Translations under genes and position numbers: made by a program
In this document: one piece after another, positions 11,801 to 24,900 of the stretch
Layout: every line of letters starts with the position of its first letter
How positions within the stretch are numbered: the first letter of the stretch is position 1
The notes under the pieces: generated by a model
Database searches by the model: none
What the model was told of the DNA's origin: nothing
What the model saw: only the letters and a program-made list of their open reading frames with translations
NCBI GenBank assembly: GCA_903813345.2
Contig: CAIIXF020000001.1
Coordinates: 41,416,001 to 41,480,000, forward strand
Source: Owenia fusiformis
Taxonomy: Eukaryota
Direction of reading: 5' to 3'
DNA: 64,000 nt

Positions 11801-14800
11801 AATACACATTTCATCAAAATTCAGAGAAAACATAGGCCAATATATACCAAAAATTTGGATTTGTAGTCTGAAGTTTAGGAAGAAGACAAAAGAAAGATCC
11901 ACCTAGAGAAAGATATTCCAAAATAAGGGGTTGCACTTTCACATCACCTTTTTATTGAGAAGTTCCAGATGACATTACTGAGCTTTTCTGATTTCTCTTT
12001 CGGATATTTATTTTGTTGGTTTCAAGGATGTTTTTTAATGACCTATAACCTAGCTCACCACCATTGTTAAGTAATCAAAGATCAGTGAGATACAAGGGAT
12101 GATCAATAAATTTTACAAGTGAAACTCTTGTGCCATTTAAGATTTCTTTCTTTAAAAAACAACAGAAAAGATGTTTTAAGGTGACCAAGTACTAAGATAT
12201 TTATTCTGAAGGTGTCTCAAGTATTTCATATATATTATAAACGATCTCTAGCTTATCAACCCTGTTGAACTATCAATGATAACTAGTGAAGCACTAGTCA
12301 AATACACTAATATATAAGTTCTTCAAACATTGTTCAGTTGGCTATCTTCATTATGTCAATAGTGCTATCTACATTCTTTTCTTATTCATGGAATTTATTT
12401 CACTAAATATGTTCATGTATAATAAAAAACAATCACTTGTATGGCTTGGCCATTTCATTACAAATTGAACAATGTCAATGTCAGTTGTCTTATAGTGGTT
12501 AAGCAACTGGTAGGACAATTTCAAAGAAAAATATGATAGCAGCAATCATAAAGTCGCCATTAAGATAGCTCAGTAGTATCACTGGTTGTCAAAAGTTATT
12601 TAACAGTCAATGTCCAATGACCTTATTCGATTGAGTAACTCAAAATGTAACCTTATGAAACAGGGTTATAATACTGGTCATAAACAATAAGCAGAAAACT
12701 AAGTACAAACTGATTATACGTTATATCAGGGGTTTCTCAAATAAACAAATATCACTAAATTTTAATCTATTAACAGACTGTCAACAGGAGTGAAGCACCA
12801 CAAAGACAAATACTTAGGCAAATACATGAAAACTTACAAGACAACACAAGAAGAACAGCAACTCCTCTAAGTAGCAAATCCTACTATAAAACATATTTCA
12901 CAAATCAATCTTGCAAAACCAATATTATCAATTCACATATAGCAATAACGCATTTGTTGTATGGTTGTCAAGGTGATAATTGCACTCACATATTGAAATT
13001 GATGCTTTGCCAACTTGACCCTTAGAAAAAAAGTTTCATTGAAAATATGTTCTTTTTATGATTTTGTATATTTTAGGTGATTTTGTACAAAATATGTGTG
13101 AAAAGAATTGAAGCCCAAGCATTGTGGCTGCTTCGTTCAACTCAGTTGTTTCCTAAATTTTGCATTTCCGCTGTGCGGTCATTCAAAGATTTGGAAACAA
13201 CATCTTCAATAGAATGGTTCAGCACCCAATGCACTGAGTCCGAGTCCAGGGCTTTAAATTCTGAAATAACTCATCATTTAGAACATTTTATGACAGATTT
13301 CATGACATTGGCAGTAGTGTTTCTCCTTTTGGCAAAATCTACACTCTACACCCTACACCCATTTCTTCTTAAGTAGGGTCCCATGCTAATAAGTTATCAG
13401 CCTATAAAAGGAACAAATCACTCAATCAGCATTTGAGATATCAAAGATAACATTTTCATGAATAAAGGTAGCTATTTTGAGTTGAGCGGCCATATTAAAG
13501 AAATCCTATCTCAAGCAGAGGTCCTGTGCCCATAAGGCATAAACCCTACTAGAACCTAATTCTTCAACTGGTATTTGAGTTATATAATAGCCTGGATAAA
13601 CAAAAGAATGAATGGATGGACAGAGGGACAGGAAAACGAATGGTTTTTCTTCATCTCTTCTAAACTTTGTTTGGTGGGATGGTAACAATCTTCTAGGTTC
13701 TATGCACTCAGTTGAGTTCATATGTGTTATACATGCTTAAAACATATGTAGACTACTTTCAGGGGCAGATCTGGGAACCAACAAGGGGGGGCCAAATTTC
13801 AGGTCAGAGAAAAAACAAAAAGTGGGCCCAAATTTTGAGGCCCATTTTCTTTAAAATTTGGCCTTAAAGTAAAAATAAGTTAAAGGGCCAGTAATGACCA
13901 AAAAGGCCCCCTTTTTTCGCCCAGCTCCCCCCCCAGATCCGCCAGTGACTTTATAAAGCATAGCCATAAACTCTCTTTTCTGTTTTTTAATATTGCAGTT
14001 TGATTACTTTATGGAACAAGACCAAACGACCTTGACATATTCTTAACCCTACCTATTATCTGATTTAATAATCAACACAACTATACATACCATTGGGCAA
14101 AAAAATAACTAATTTTTGATCAATAAAATTAGGTTATAAAACCAGAAGTGTGTTCCCTGACATCAGCGCATAACTGACTTCATTTATTTTCAAATTCTGC
14201 TTTGGATTTGATTTTTAATGCTTCTAAATAATCTTCAAATGGTTACTATTAGAAACTTCCCTGCCTCATGGTAAAATTGTATCAAAATTGGACATCTTAT
14301 CTTTATGTGATATCTCTAACACACTGAATATCATCTTTCAGAATACATACACAATCTGAGAGGTTTCATATACGGTATGTTATAGTTTGCACATACTATG
14401 TTAGTAAAACAATACTTGAACACAGGGGCGTAGGAAGGTGTAAATTCAACACTACGCCAAAAATATGAAACAATTGTGTCAATATTCTATATCAAAACGC
14501 CTATTTTATGCTCGTAAAATGTCATTTTATGAAAACAGAGATTTTAAGCTTGCAATGTTTTTCACAACCTAAATGTGAACGGAAATACTAAAGCGATGCA
14601 TTTGTATGGGCGATTGGTCATACGTATAGGTTGGCGTTTCGATTTTATATGCAAGCTTTAAATCCCTGATACCTTTTTAATGTGCTTTAAAATGTTCGAA
14701 TGATTTTCATCATTTAAAATCACCTTGGAAAGCCTATCTTTTAAATCTCGACACAAATCATTCTCACTTTGCTAATGCACCCTATGCAGACAGAGCCTGT

Positions 14801-17800
14801 GGGAAATATTGGGTGCGGAGCAAATAAGCGGAGGGTGCGGAGCTAACGGTCATTTTTGAATTTAAATTTGGGATATTTCTGAAACTAAGCCGTTTTGGGA
14901 CTTCAAATATACCAAGATATGTGTATTTGACACCAAATATCAATACAATTGTGAAAATAGTAGCGCAATTCATTCTATAGCGACGCAGTGTGCCTTAAAC
15001 CTTTCCCAGACCTATATATTTTGAAATTATCCTTTTAATACTGAGTCCCCAGCATTCATAAAAAATGGTGTTCAAGGTGCACTATCTATACAAATTATTT
15101 TTGCATCTTGGAAGCCAGGCAGTATCTGTGTGATTTTATAAAAATTCGGAAATGTTTTTCAGATATGAGCCCCCTCTAAATATTGGGTGCGGAGGAGCTC
15201 CATAAACGTACTATAAAGAACATAGGAAAATTTTTATTCTCACTTTTCAACACTACGCACTGGCGTTTTGGCGTACATTGTTCCTACGCCACTGGTACAT
15301 GCATATTTGTGAATGCATTGTTTATAAAAATGACATTGAACAGAGTACACAAGTTGAACAAATGCTTATACAGCTTGCACAAACTTTTTCCGTTCACAAA
15401 CAATGATGTGAAGATCACATACCTAGATGTAACTTAATTTGTTTCTAGAGATGTTCAAGATTTTATTTGTGATTTTTTGTGACTTTTGACTTTCTATGGA
15501 GGGCGCTGTATTGTAGAACCAGGATGCAAATGTCACATGACTTCAAATCTCGCACCCTGTGTGAAGTGCAAGTTGTTTGTCACAGCATTTGCGAGCAGGA
15601 ACCATCCTATGCAAGTTTTAACTCAATGCGTGTGTAAAATTGACATGTTCGTTCGAAATTTACTTTGATCTGTGTGTAATTCTTTCAATATAATTCTATG
15701 GTACTTATAACACAATCCGTGTGACATTGCTTTGGATTTTTGCAAAGTGATTCGAATCAAGTGTACCTCTTTGTGTGACACTTGATAGAACCAGTTCGTG
15801 CGTGAATGAAAATGAGTTATGTAAAAAAAACAGAACAATGGCAACGCCAAAGTGTAGCGAATCCCATCGAACAGAAATGGCTGGCATTTTTACAAACAAA
15901 ATATATAGCAAATATCAAATAACACATATAAGAAAGGCCACCATTTTCAAAATGGTTGCTCACTAGCCAAGTTGTCATCAGAAGACAGTATTCTTTATAG
16001 TATTCACATACCAAATATGAACAAAATCGCTCCACTACTTTTCGAGTGATAGTAAAATACTTTAAAATGGTGGAAATTTTTCAAAATGGCCACCTTCTAC
16101 CACAAGTGTCATTAGACAGTGTACCATGCTTATAGTATTCACATACCAAATATGAACAAAATCGCTCCACCACTTTTCGAGTTATAGCAAAATATGTTAA
16201 AATGGCAGCCATTTTTCAAAATGGCCACCTTCTACCAAAAGTGTCATTAGACAGTGTGCCATGCTTATGTCATTCACATACCAAATATGAACAAAATCGC
16301 TCCACTACTTTTCGAGTTATAGTAAAATACGTTAAAATGGTGGCCATTTTTCAAAATGGGCGCCTTCTACCAAAAGTGTCATTAGACAGTGTGCCATGCT
16401 TATAGTATTCACAAACCAAATATGAACAAAATCGCTCCACTACTTTTTGAGTTATAGTAAAATATGTTAAAATGGCGGCTATTTTTCAAAATGGCCGCCT
16501 CCTACCAAAAGTGTCATTAGACAGTGAGCCATGCTTATAGTATTCACATACCAAATATGAACAAAATCGCTCCACTACTTCTTGAGTTACAGCAAAAATC
16601 GTAAAATAACGAGTAAAGGCCGCTATTTTTCAAGATGGCTGCCATGTGCTCCTTTAATATCTATATTTCTAGCTTTATCAATGTCCTATATAATTTTTTT
16701 GCATTTAAAACATATTGCTATTACAGTTTTATATATTGCACCTCAATTACTGTAAAATCGCCACTAAAATGGCCGCCTTTTTTAAATGAGCGACCATTTT
16801 GAAAATGGGCTTTCGAGCAGAACTTCTACCCCCATAGGGTATATGTGTACAAAATATGAACAAAATCGGGCCAACGGTATTTGAGTTATTGCCCGGACGG
16901 GCGGACAGAAGGACGGACATACGTACAGACGGATGGAGGCGTTCCCTATATCCCTCCGAACTTCGTTCGATGGGATAATAAACTGTTGGTATAACATGGA
17001 TTGAAAATCGCAAACGATGATGCGAGTTTCGCATATGATGATGATGCGTATTTCACATATTTTGATGTGAGTTTTCGAATCATATAGTTTGAGTGTCAAA
17101 TCATATGGTTCAACTTTTCACATGGATTGTGTATTGTCCAATTTTGATACAAAATAATTTCCATACATAAAATACCCTTTGCATTCGTTCGACTTTACTT
17201 CTTAAAAGAGAGCTTCGCCTTCACTCTTTCAATTTGCAATAAATCCCTGATCTCACCGAGCCAATCAGAGTTTGTCGTCAAAAAACGGAAGACTTTCTAC
17301 ATGGTCATTTCCTCTGACATCCCTGCATAGTCAATGAGCATGTATTTAGCACATGTTCCTTCAACTTTGCTGATTGGTTGAAAAAGGGTCAGCGGAGTAG
17401 ATTTGAAATTATTTATTACCCAGGAAGTCACATGTACCAATCTTTGGGGTGGGGCTGCTAAACTGTAATATAGTCTATAATAGGCAGAAGGTAGTTTATA
17501 ATTAGACTCTGCACGCAGGGTATATATAAAATATTTTTGTAAAGAAATAATTTGAAATAAATCAAAGAAATATAATTATTTACAAAAATAGTACAAATCA
17601 TTTGATTTGAATCTTTTCTTTGATAATTGTGTTTTTTTCACACAAGATCCTTATAACTTGGGATTGAGAAATTGAGGTCATCATGACACAGTCACATTGA
17701 AGTTCCAACAATGTAGTGTCAGACATCATTTGTTGGAGCAACATAATATTAAAAGTATAGAACTTGCCAATTAAAACATGTTTGGCATTTATAAACTAAA

Positions 17801-18869
17801 CAAGATTATTTGAATGATCATTTTGTATATACCATTACCCCTCATCTTCACAGCTTGATTTATGGCAATAATAATGATGTTGAAACTTTTTAGTAAAATC
17901 TAAATGCATTTAGCGATTTATTCATCAACTTTCTCTTGAAAAAATGAATCTTTTTTTGAATGAAAAAAAAATGAATGGTTAAAAGTATGAATGTCTTTCA
18001 GATCGCATTCCTTACTCAGAGATAGTTATTGTTTGTTTCTTTTAATTCAAAGTGATAACACAAATTTTGCATTATCATTGACATGTGTTTGAATAAGCTA
18101 TTTATGTATTCATTAACCTTATTGTGTTTTACTTTCATATTTGTCAAGGGAAAATCATCATATCAATAGATTTTCATGTTCTCATTCAAAAAATAGATTA
18201 CTATCTAACATGATTTTTGCTTCTTGTCTAGCAATGCCCATGTATCTACACGTGATTTATTCTGCAAATTTTTGGCAAAGCAGCTGGGTACGACCATCAA
18301 TATTACCTGCTATATACCCAATTAGGTTTAGTTACTTGCCATTATGATCTCAAAATTAACCACCTTATCCCAAATTATGAACATTACTTGCTATAATTAC
18401 CTGCTATATATCCAATTAGGTTAAAGTTACTAGATATTATCTCAAAATTAACCACCTTATCCCAAATTATGAATATTACATGCTATAATTACCTGCTATA
18501 TCCCATAACTGCAATCGTATTAGAGTATCAGCATCCCAGTTTATAACCTTAAGTGCAAAATCTACACCAATCTGTAGAGTGTGGTTAAGTAATATAACCA
18601 AAATTAACAATGCTATGAAAGTAAGACTGGCAATAGACAGGCCATTTATCAGAAATATCACAAGATACATATTAAGAATTGAATTGATTTATGATATTAT
18701 AATACATGTAGTTACAAGCCCGGTCGTAGCCAGGGGATGGGGTCAAAAATTCTTTCAAAATCAAACAGTTTTTTACCATTCTGATTTTGGGCCAAAGTTG
18801 TCAATGTGAACCCTCATGGCCAAGGCCTCCAATCATTCGCTTTACCAGATAAAACTGCTCCAAAGAGCG

Positions 18870-18912
<43 letters not shown>

Positions 18913-21900
18913 CGGTTTGATTAGTCTTTCGCCCCTATACGCAACCCAACAACCCCCCCCCTTGGCAAAAGCTGGCTAAGCTAATAAGATATGGTAGTTT
19001 ACAATATCTTTTAGAAATGGCATCTATGACTGTAAACTCAGTAGGCAGACGAAAATAAAACACACCCTTTAATAATTCAAACATTTTGCCAGTCTGCAGG
19101 TACACATATCATCTTTAATATAATGAAGTGCAGTTAAATTTTAAATGTTTGGAACTACTTTAAATTTAAAAAATAAGCAATCAAACGACCATATTGAAAC
19201 AGTATATATAAAAATAGAAACATTTGTACATGTCCTAACTTTTGCATATTTTAGTTTGTTTTGTAGTTATTAGCTATCATATCTGTGGCCTCTTATATTT
19301 TGATGCTTCTCTGCCAGGTTATTTTCGAAAAAATTAACATGGCTGAAACTCCCTAAATTACAAAAGGCCACAGCTTTACTGCACATTATATACCTAATAA
19401 CTATCTGAAATATACAAAAGTTAGGACAAGTATATATGTTTCCATTTTTTATATACTCTTGCAATATAGTCATTTGATTGCTTATTTTTTTTTAAATTCA
19501 AAGTAGCTCCAAACATTTAAAATTTTACTGTATATACTCACTCTCTCAGACATTTAAATAATACAATATTGGAACAGATCAGCCAGGCATGAAATATTTT
19601 GCGTGTAAAGGATACAGTAGCTCGGTAGTGTTGTGAGAAAAACTGGTGAACATATCGTTTTATTATGCTTGTCTTTCCTGTCCCCAGTTCACCAATTACT
19701 AGAATTTTGTACAAATGCTCTCTCTTTTCTCCGGTACTCTGGAAAACATGAACAAAGAGCACATTTAAAATAGGTAGGCAATTAGATGGTCTAAAGAAAA
19801 TAATGAAGATGTTTTATTTAATCGTACTTATTACTATATATAATGGTACATGTAAATTTCATTAAAAATAGATTTTTAACAGTGTTTTTATGTTAAAAAT
19901 AAGCTGTGAATAAATTGTCATAAACTGTCATAATAGTCTTCTGCATTTAATTTCAAGAATCACTGTTCCACAACTGGATGACTCTAACTGCAGTTAGCTT
20001 CATTCAAGATGGTGGACAAAATTCGTTCGTTTTCGATAAATCTCCAATTACAGCCAAACCAAGCTGAATCTTGATCCCAAAAGTTTCGCCATGCAAACTA
20101 ATAAAGATATGATTGTAAACAACCACAAATAAAGGCTCACGCACCCGCGATATTAGAGAAATTGAAAGAAAACGGCTTCACTTAGAATGACTCTAACTGA
20201 AGTTAGTGATGACGTAGGAATGAAGCTAACTGAAACGGGGAATGAAGCTAACTCAATGGGATGAATATATGGACGGCCCTGTCTGTTGTTATAAGATATC
20301 TAAATGTTATTGACTGTTGTTATTCACCCTTGGTATACGCAGCTGACGAAATGGACCGGTACGGGTCAAAAGCTGGACCGGTTCAGGTTAACGGTTTTAT
20401 TTGAATTTAAAACTGCCATAACTTGCTCAATATTGACTTTTTTAGTTTCTAAGTTGAAATATATGATGCCTCTGAATGATTTTAAGTTCCCTAAATTTTT
20501 ACAGATTTTTAAACGAAACAAATTCTCGAGAGAAGACCAAAAATAGCATTTAGAGATTTTTGTTCCGTTTAAAAATCTGTAAAAATTTGGGGTACTTAAA
20601 ATCATTCGGAGGGATCATATATTCCAAATTAGACACGAAGAGATCTCACTATGTATGAATAGGTACCAAACCTATCGCAACCACTAACTTGTATCTAAAC
20701 TCCACGATACACCAAAACCCAACACAACCTGCTACTCAATATACAACCTACCACAACCAACCATTACAACCTACCACAACCAACCATTACAACCAAGCAC
20801 AACCCATAAGATCCCCAACAACGCAACACAACCAATGTCTGAAGAATTAGAACGCAGCTGAACTCACAATTACCAAGAACACAACCCACTGTCAAATTAG
20901 CACAACACAATTTGGCACAACCACACAACCAAAGCAAACTATCAAAACACAATCAGGAACAACCAAACTAAAACCCCAACACAGAGAGATCACACAACAC
21001 TACCGAACACAACCAAATAAACTCACCCGACTAGGCACAACCGACCACCTATATTAACATAATCGGGCACAACCCGCCACCACCCCTCATTTAACGATCT
21101 GGCACAACCAACCACACAACACAATCGGACTCAACCAGATACCTCACCTGACTGGGCACAACCTGCCCCCCGACCAGCATAACAAAATCACAACATAACA
21201 CAACGCATTTTAAAATTAACATAACACAATGAGGCACAACTCGAAACCAGAGGCTAAATAAACAACCAGACACAACCAGACTACAAGCCAACAACACAAT
21301 ACGACACAAACCAATACTACAACCTTAGTTTAACCTCCGAAAGCACAACCAATTGTCAAATATACGCAACACAATTTGGCACAACCAAATAATAAAACAA
21401 CAAAACCAAAACACAACCCATTTTTGACGAAGAACAACACAATTTTACACAATCAAAACACAATCAGGCACAACAAAACTGGAATACCAAAACACCCAAC
21501 CAACACTCTCTGAAAACAACACCACTTGTATCTAAACTCCACGATACACCAAAACCCAATTCGGCATAACCTGCTACTCAATATACAACCTATCACAACC
21601 AAACATTACAACCAAGCACAATCAATAAGATCATCAACAACGCAACACAACCAATGTCTGAAGAATTAGAACGCAGCTGAACTCACAATTACCAAGAACA
21701 CAACCAACTGTCAAATTAGCACAACACAATTTGGCACAACCACACAACCAAAGCAAACTATCAAAACACAATCAGGAACAACCAAACTAAAACCCCAACA
21801 CAGAGAGATCACACAACACAACCGAACACAACCAAATAAACTCACCCGACTAGGCACAACCGACCACCTATCTTAACATAATCGGGCACAACCCGCCACC

Positions 21901-24900
21901 ACCCCTCATTTACCGATCAGGCACAACCAACCACATAACACAATCGGACTCAACCAGATACCTAACCTGACTGGGCACAACCTGCCCCCCGACCAGCATA
22001 ACAAAATCACAACATAACACAACGCATTTTAAAATTAACATAACACAATAAGGCACAACTCGAAACCAGGCTAAATAAACAACCAGACACAACCCAACTA
22101 CAAGCCAACAACACAATACGACACAACCCAATACTACAACCTTAGTTTAACCTCCGAAAACACAACCAATTGTCAAATATACGCATCACAATTTGGCACA
22201 ACCAAATAATAAAACAACAAAACCAAAACACAACCCATTATCGACGAAGAACAACACAATTTTACACAAAACAATCAAAACACAATCAGGCACAACCAAA
22301 CTGGAACACAAAAACACCCAACCAACACTCTCTGAAAACAACACCAATCACGCAACACAATCTGATACAACCACATACTTCATCCTACTGGGCACAACCC
22401 GCTACCGACCAGCACAACACAATTACAACATAACACAACGCATTTTAAAATTAACATAACACAATAAGGCACAACTCGAAACCAGGCTAAATAAACAACC
22501 AGACACAACCCAACTACAAGCCAACAACACAATACGACACAACCCAATACTACAACCTTAGTTTAACCTCCGAAAACACAACCAATTGTCAAATATACGC
22601 AACACAATTTGGCACAACCAAATAATAAAACAACAAAACCAAAACACAACCCATTATTGACGAAGAACAACACAATTTTACACAAAACAATCAAAACACA
22701 ATCAGGCACAACCAAACTGGAACACAAAAACACCCAACCAACACTCTCTGAAAACAACACCAATCACGCAACACAATCTGATACAACCACATACTTCATC
22801 CTACTGGGCACAACCCGCTACCGACCAGCACAACACAATTACAACATAACACAACCACTTTGAAATTAATATAACTTAATGAGACACAACCCGATACCAA
22901 ACTTACACAACACAACCAGGCTCAACCAGACAAACAACCACCAAAACACAATCGATTATCAAACTAACACAATGGAACACAACCAAACAACAAACCAACA
23001 CAATACAACATAGCCAACGAGACCGAATTCAAATCAACCCATTGTTGAATCATTACAACACAACCTGACACCAACCACAGTAACAGAGTCAGTCACAACC
23101 CAATACTAAATCAATTAAATTACACTATTAAATACAATCAGGCACAATCTACAAACACAACCAAACTATGATACCAATTTACTTAGCACCCAACTAACTG
23201 TCTCCAACTGGAGACAATCCCAAAACAAAACCTAACCCAGCAAAACAACATTCTTTAGAAACCAATAACAATCCCGCGAAACGCGTAACCTGAACAGGAA
23301 AAAGTAACCCTCACTATATTCTTAACCTTTTTTCTTTGGCCGCTGATGAGAAACATATCATGGAATACCCCCATGAGTTCGAAACATCTTGGGCCCTTAT
23401 TATGACCAACATATAAGGGAGAGGATCCGCAACAGGATCGAGATGTCCGGCCGCTCTACATTAATGACAATAGGAGATGTCACCACTAATGGCATCATCC
23501 TAGGATCAACTAAATATACTCTACCTGTCACATAAGAACTGACAATGGTTTGGGGAAACTTAGATACTAGACCATATCTCCCAGGTCCAATCAACGAGAC
23601 CTCTAACCAATTGACACAGATTGCATGACCATGCGTGTCCATAAAAGGTAATGTCTCAAGACATGGTCTAAGCCACCACTCCCAACACTATACACCACAC
23701 CAACTACTTAATATCTACACAGAACAATTAACCACCAGTATCATGGGAAGGCATCATCTGTGGTCACGTGGTTACATAACAAGACAAAGCCCAGTGCGTA
23801 TGACAAAACACAGTCTCTCACAAATAATCTAATTAATTAAGGAAATGTGTTCGAAGTTTAAAAAAGGGAGAATAAGAAGGTGAATTCTGTCATAGGCAAT
23901 AATTTAGTAAACCGTATACACTTATATTATTTTGATAATGCTGCACTGAACAAATAAAAATGAACATTGCCTTTAACTGCATGTCTTCAATATTCAGGTT
24001 GTTACATCATTGTATACAATATTGTTGCTTCACGATAAAAGAGACCCTTTTATCCATCATTCGCTTACAATTTAGAATGATAATATTCTCCGGTGCTATT
24101 CGAATCGGGGGGGGGGTGCTTTTTGATAGTTTTGTTTAGAAAATCGTGCGAAAAGTGCTCAGAGTGGTGAAAACCTGCGGGAATTTGAAATAATTTCTGG
24201 CCAGGGAGGGGGAAACTACCGAACCTCCAGCTTCCCCTGGTTACGGAACTGCCTATTGGTAATTTGTATAGCCCATTATAAATCTCCATTCAGTTAGAGT
24301 CATCAATGGTGAAATCTGTGTTGGAGTTAGCTTCATTATCAACCTCAGTTAGAGTCATTCTAAGTGAAGCCGTTTTCTTTCAATTTCTCTAATATCACGG
24401 GTGCTTGAGCCTTTATTTGTGGTTGTTTACAATTATATCTTTTTTAGTTTGCATGGCGAAACTTTTGGGATCAAGATTCAGCTTGGTTTGGCTGTAATTG
24501 GAGATTTATCGAAAACGAACGAATTTTGTCCACCATCTTGAATGAAGCTAACTGCAGTTAGAGTCATCCAGTTGTGGAACAGTGAGAATGAAACACTGTA
24601 CCTATCATTTTTCAACACATACACATAAATTAATATAAGGTTTGCCAGGGTTGTACATTTATCTGAGTTTTGTTCTTGATAAAAGTGTTGTTCCTATTGG
24701 CAAAATTCAACTTGGTTGCAGGCCCGTAGCCAGGATTTGCCAAGGGGGGTCCACTTTTTGGAGATTCCAGGGGGGTTCACTTTTGACAATTTTGGTCCAA
24801 AAACGGCCAAAATCATTTAAAAAGTGCTCCGAATGGTGAAAAACTGCATGACTTTGAAAGAATTTCGAACCCCCCCCCCCCCTGGCTACCGGCCTGGGTT

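Larger units (their letters stand above)
18572..19615 (-). other. U12-type (minor spliceosome) GT-AG intron of Rab32
   Basis: 5' splice site |GTATCCTTTAC; branch site TTACTTAAC 12 nt upstream of the 3' CAG; no long pyrimidine tract. Confidence 0.9.
19961..24584. mobile_element. 4.6-kb non-autonomous composite DNA transposon, ~240-bp TIRs, CAC...GTG termini, 5-bp TSD (Transib-like)
   Basis: CACTGTTCCACAACTGGATGACTCTAACTG... (19961-20200) is near-perfectly inverted at 24346-24584; AGAAT at 19956-19960 and 24585-24589. Confidence 0.9.

Noticed and set aside
19961..20010. RSS-like heptamer/nonamer in the CAC-terminated TIRs
   Set aside because: Only the CAC start matches; no ACAAAAACC-like nonamer at 12/23 spacing, so no claim of a RAG transposon
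20764..22863. Several ORFs on both strands in the A/C-rich array
   Set aside because: Low-complexity by-products of base composition, duplicated along with the array
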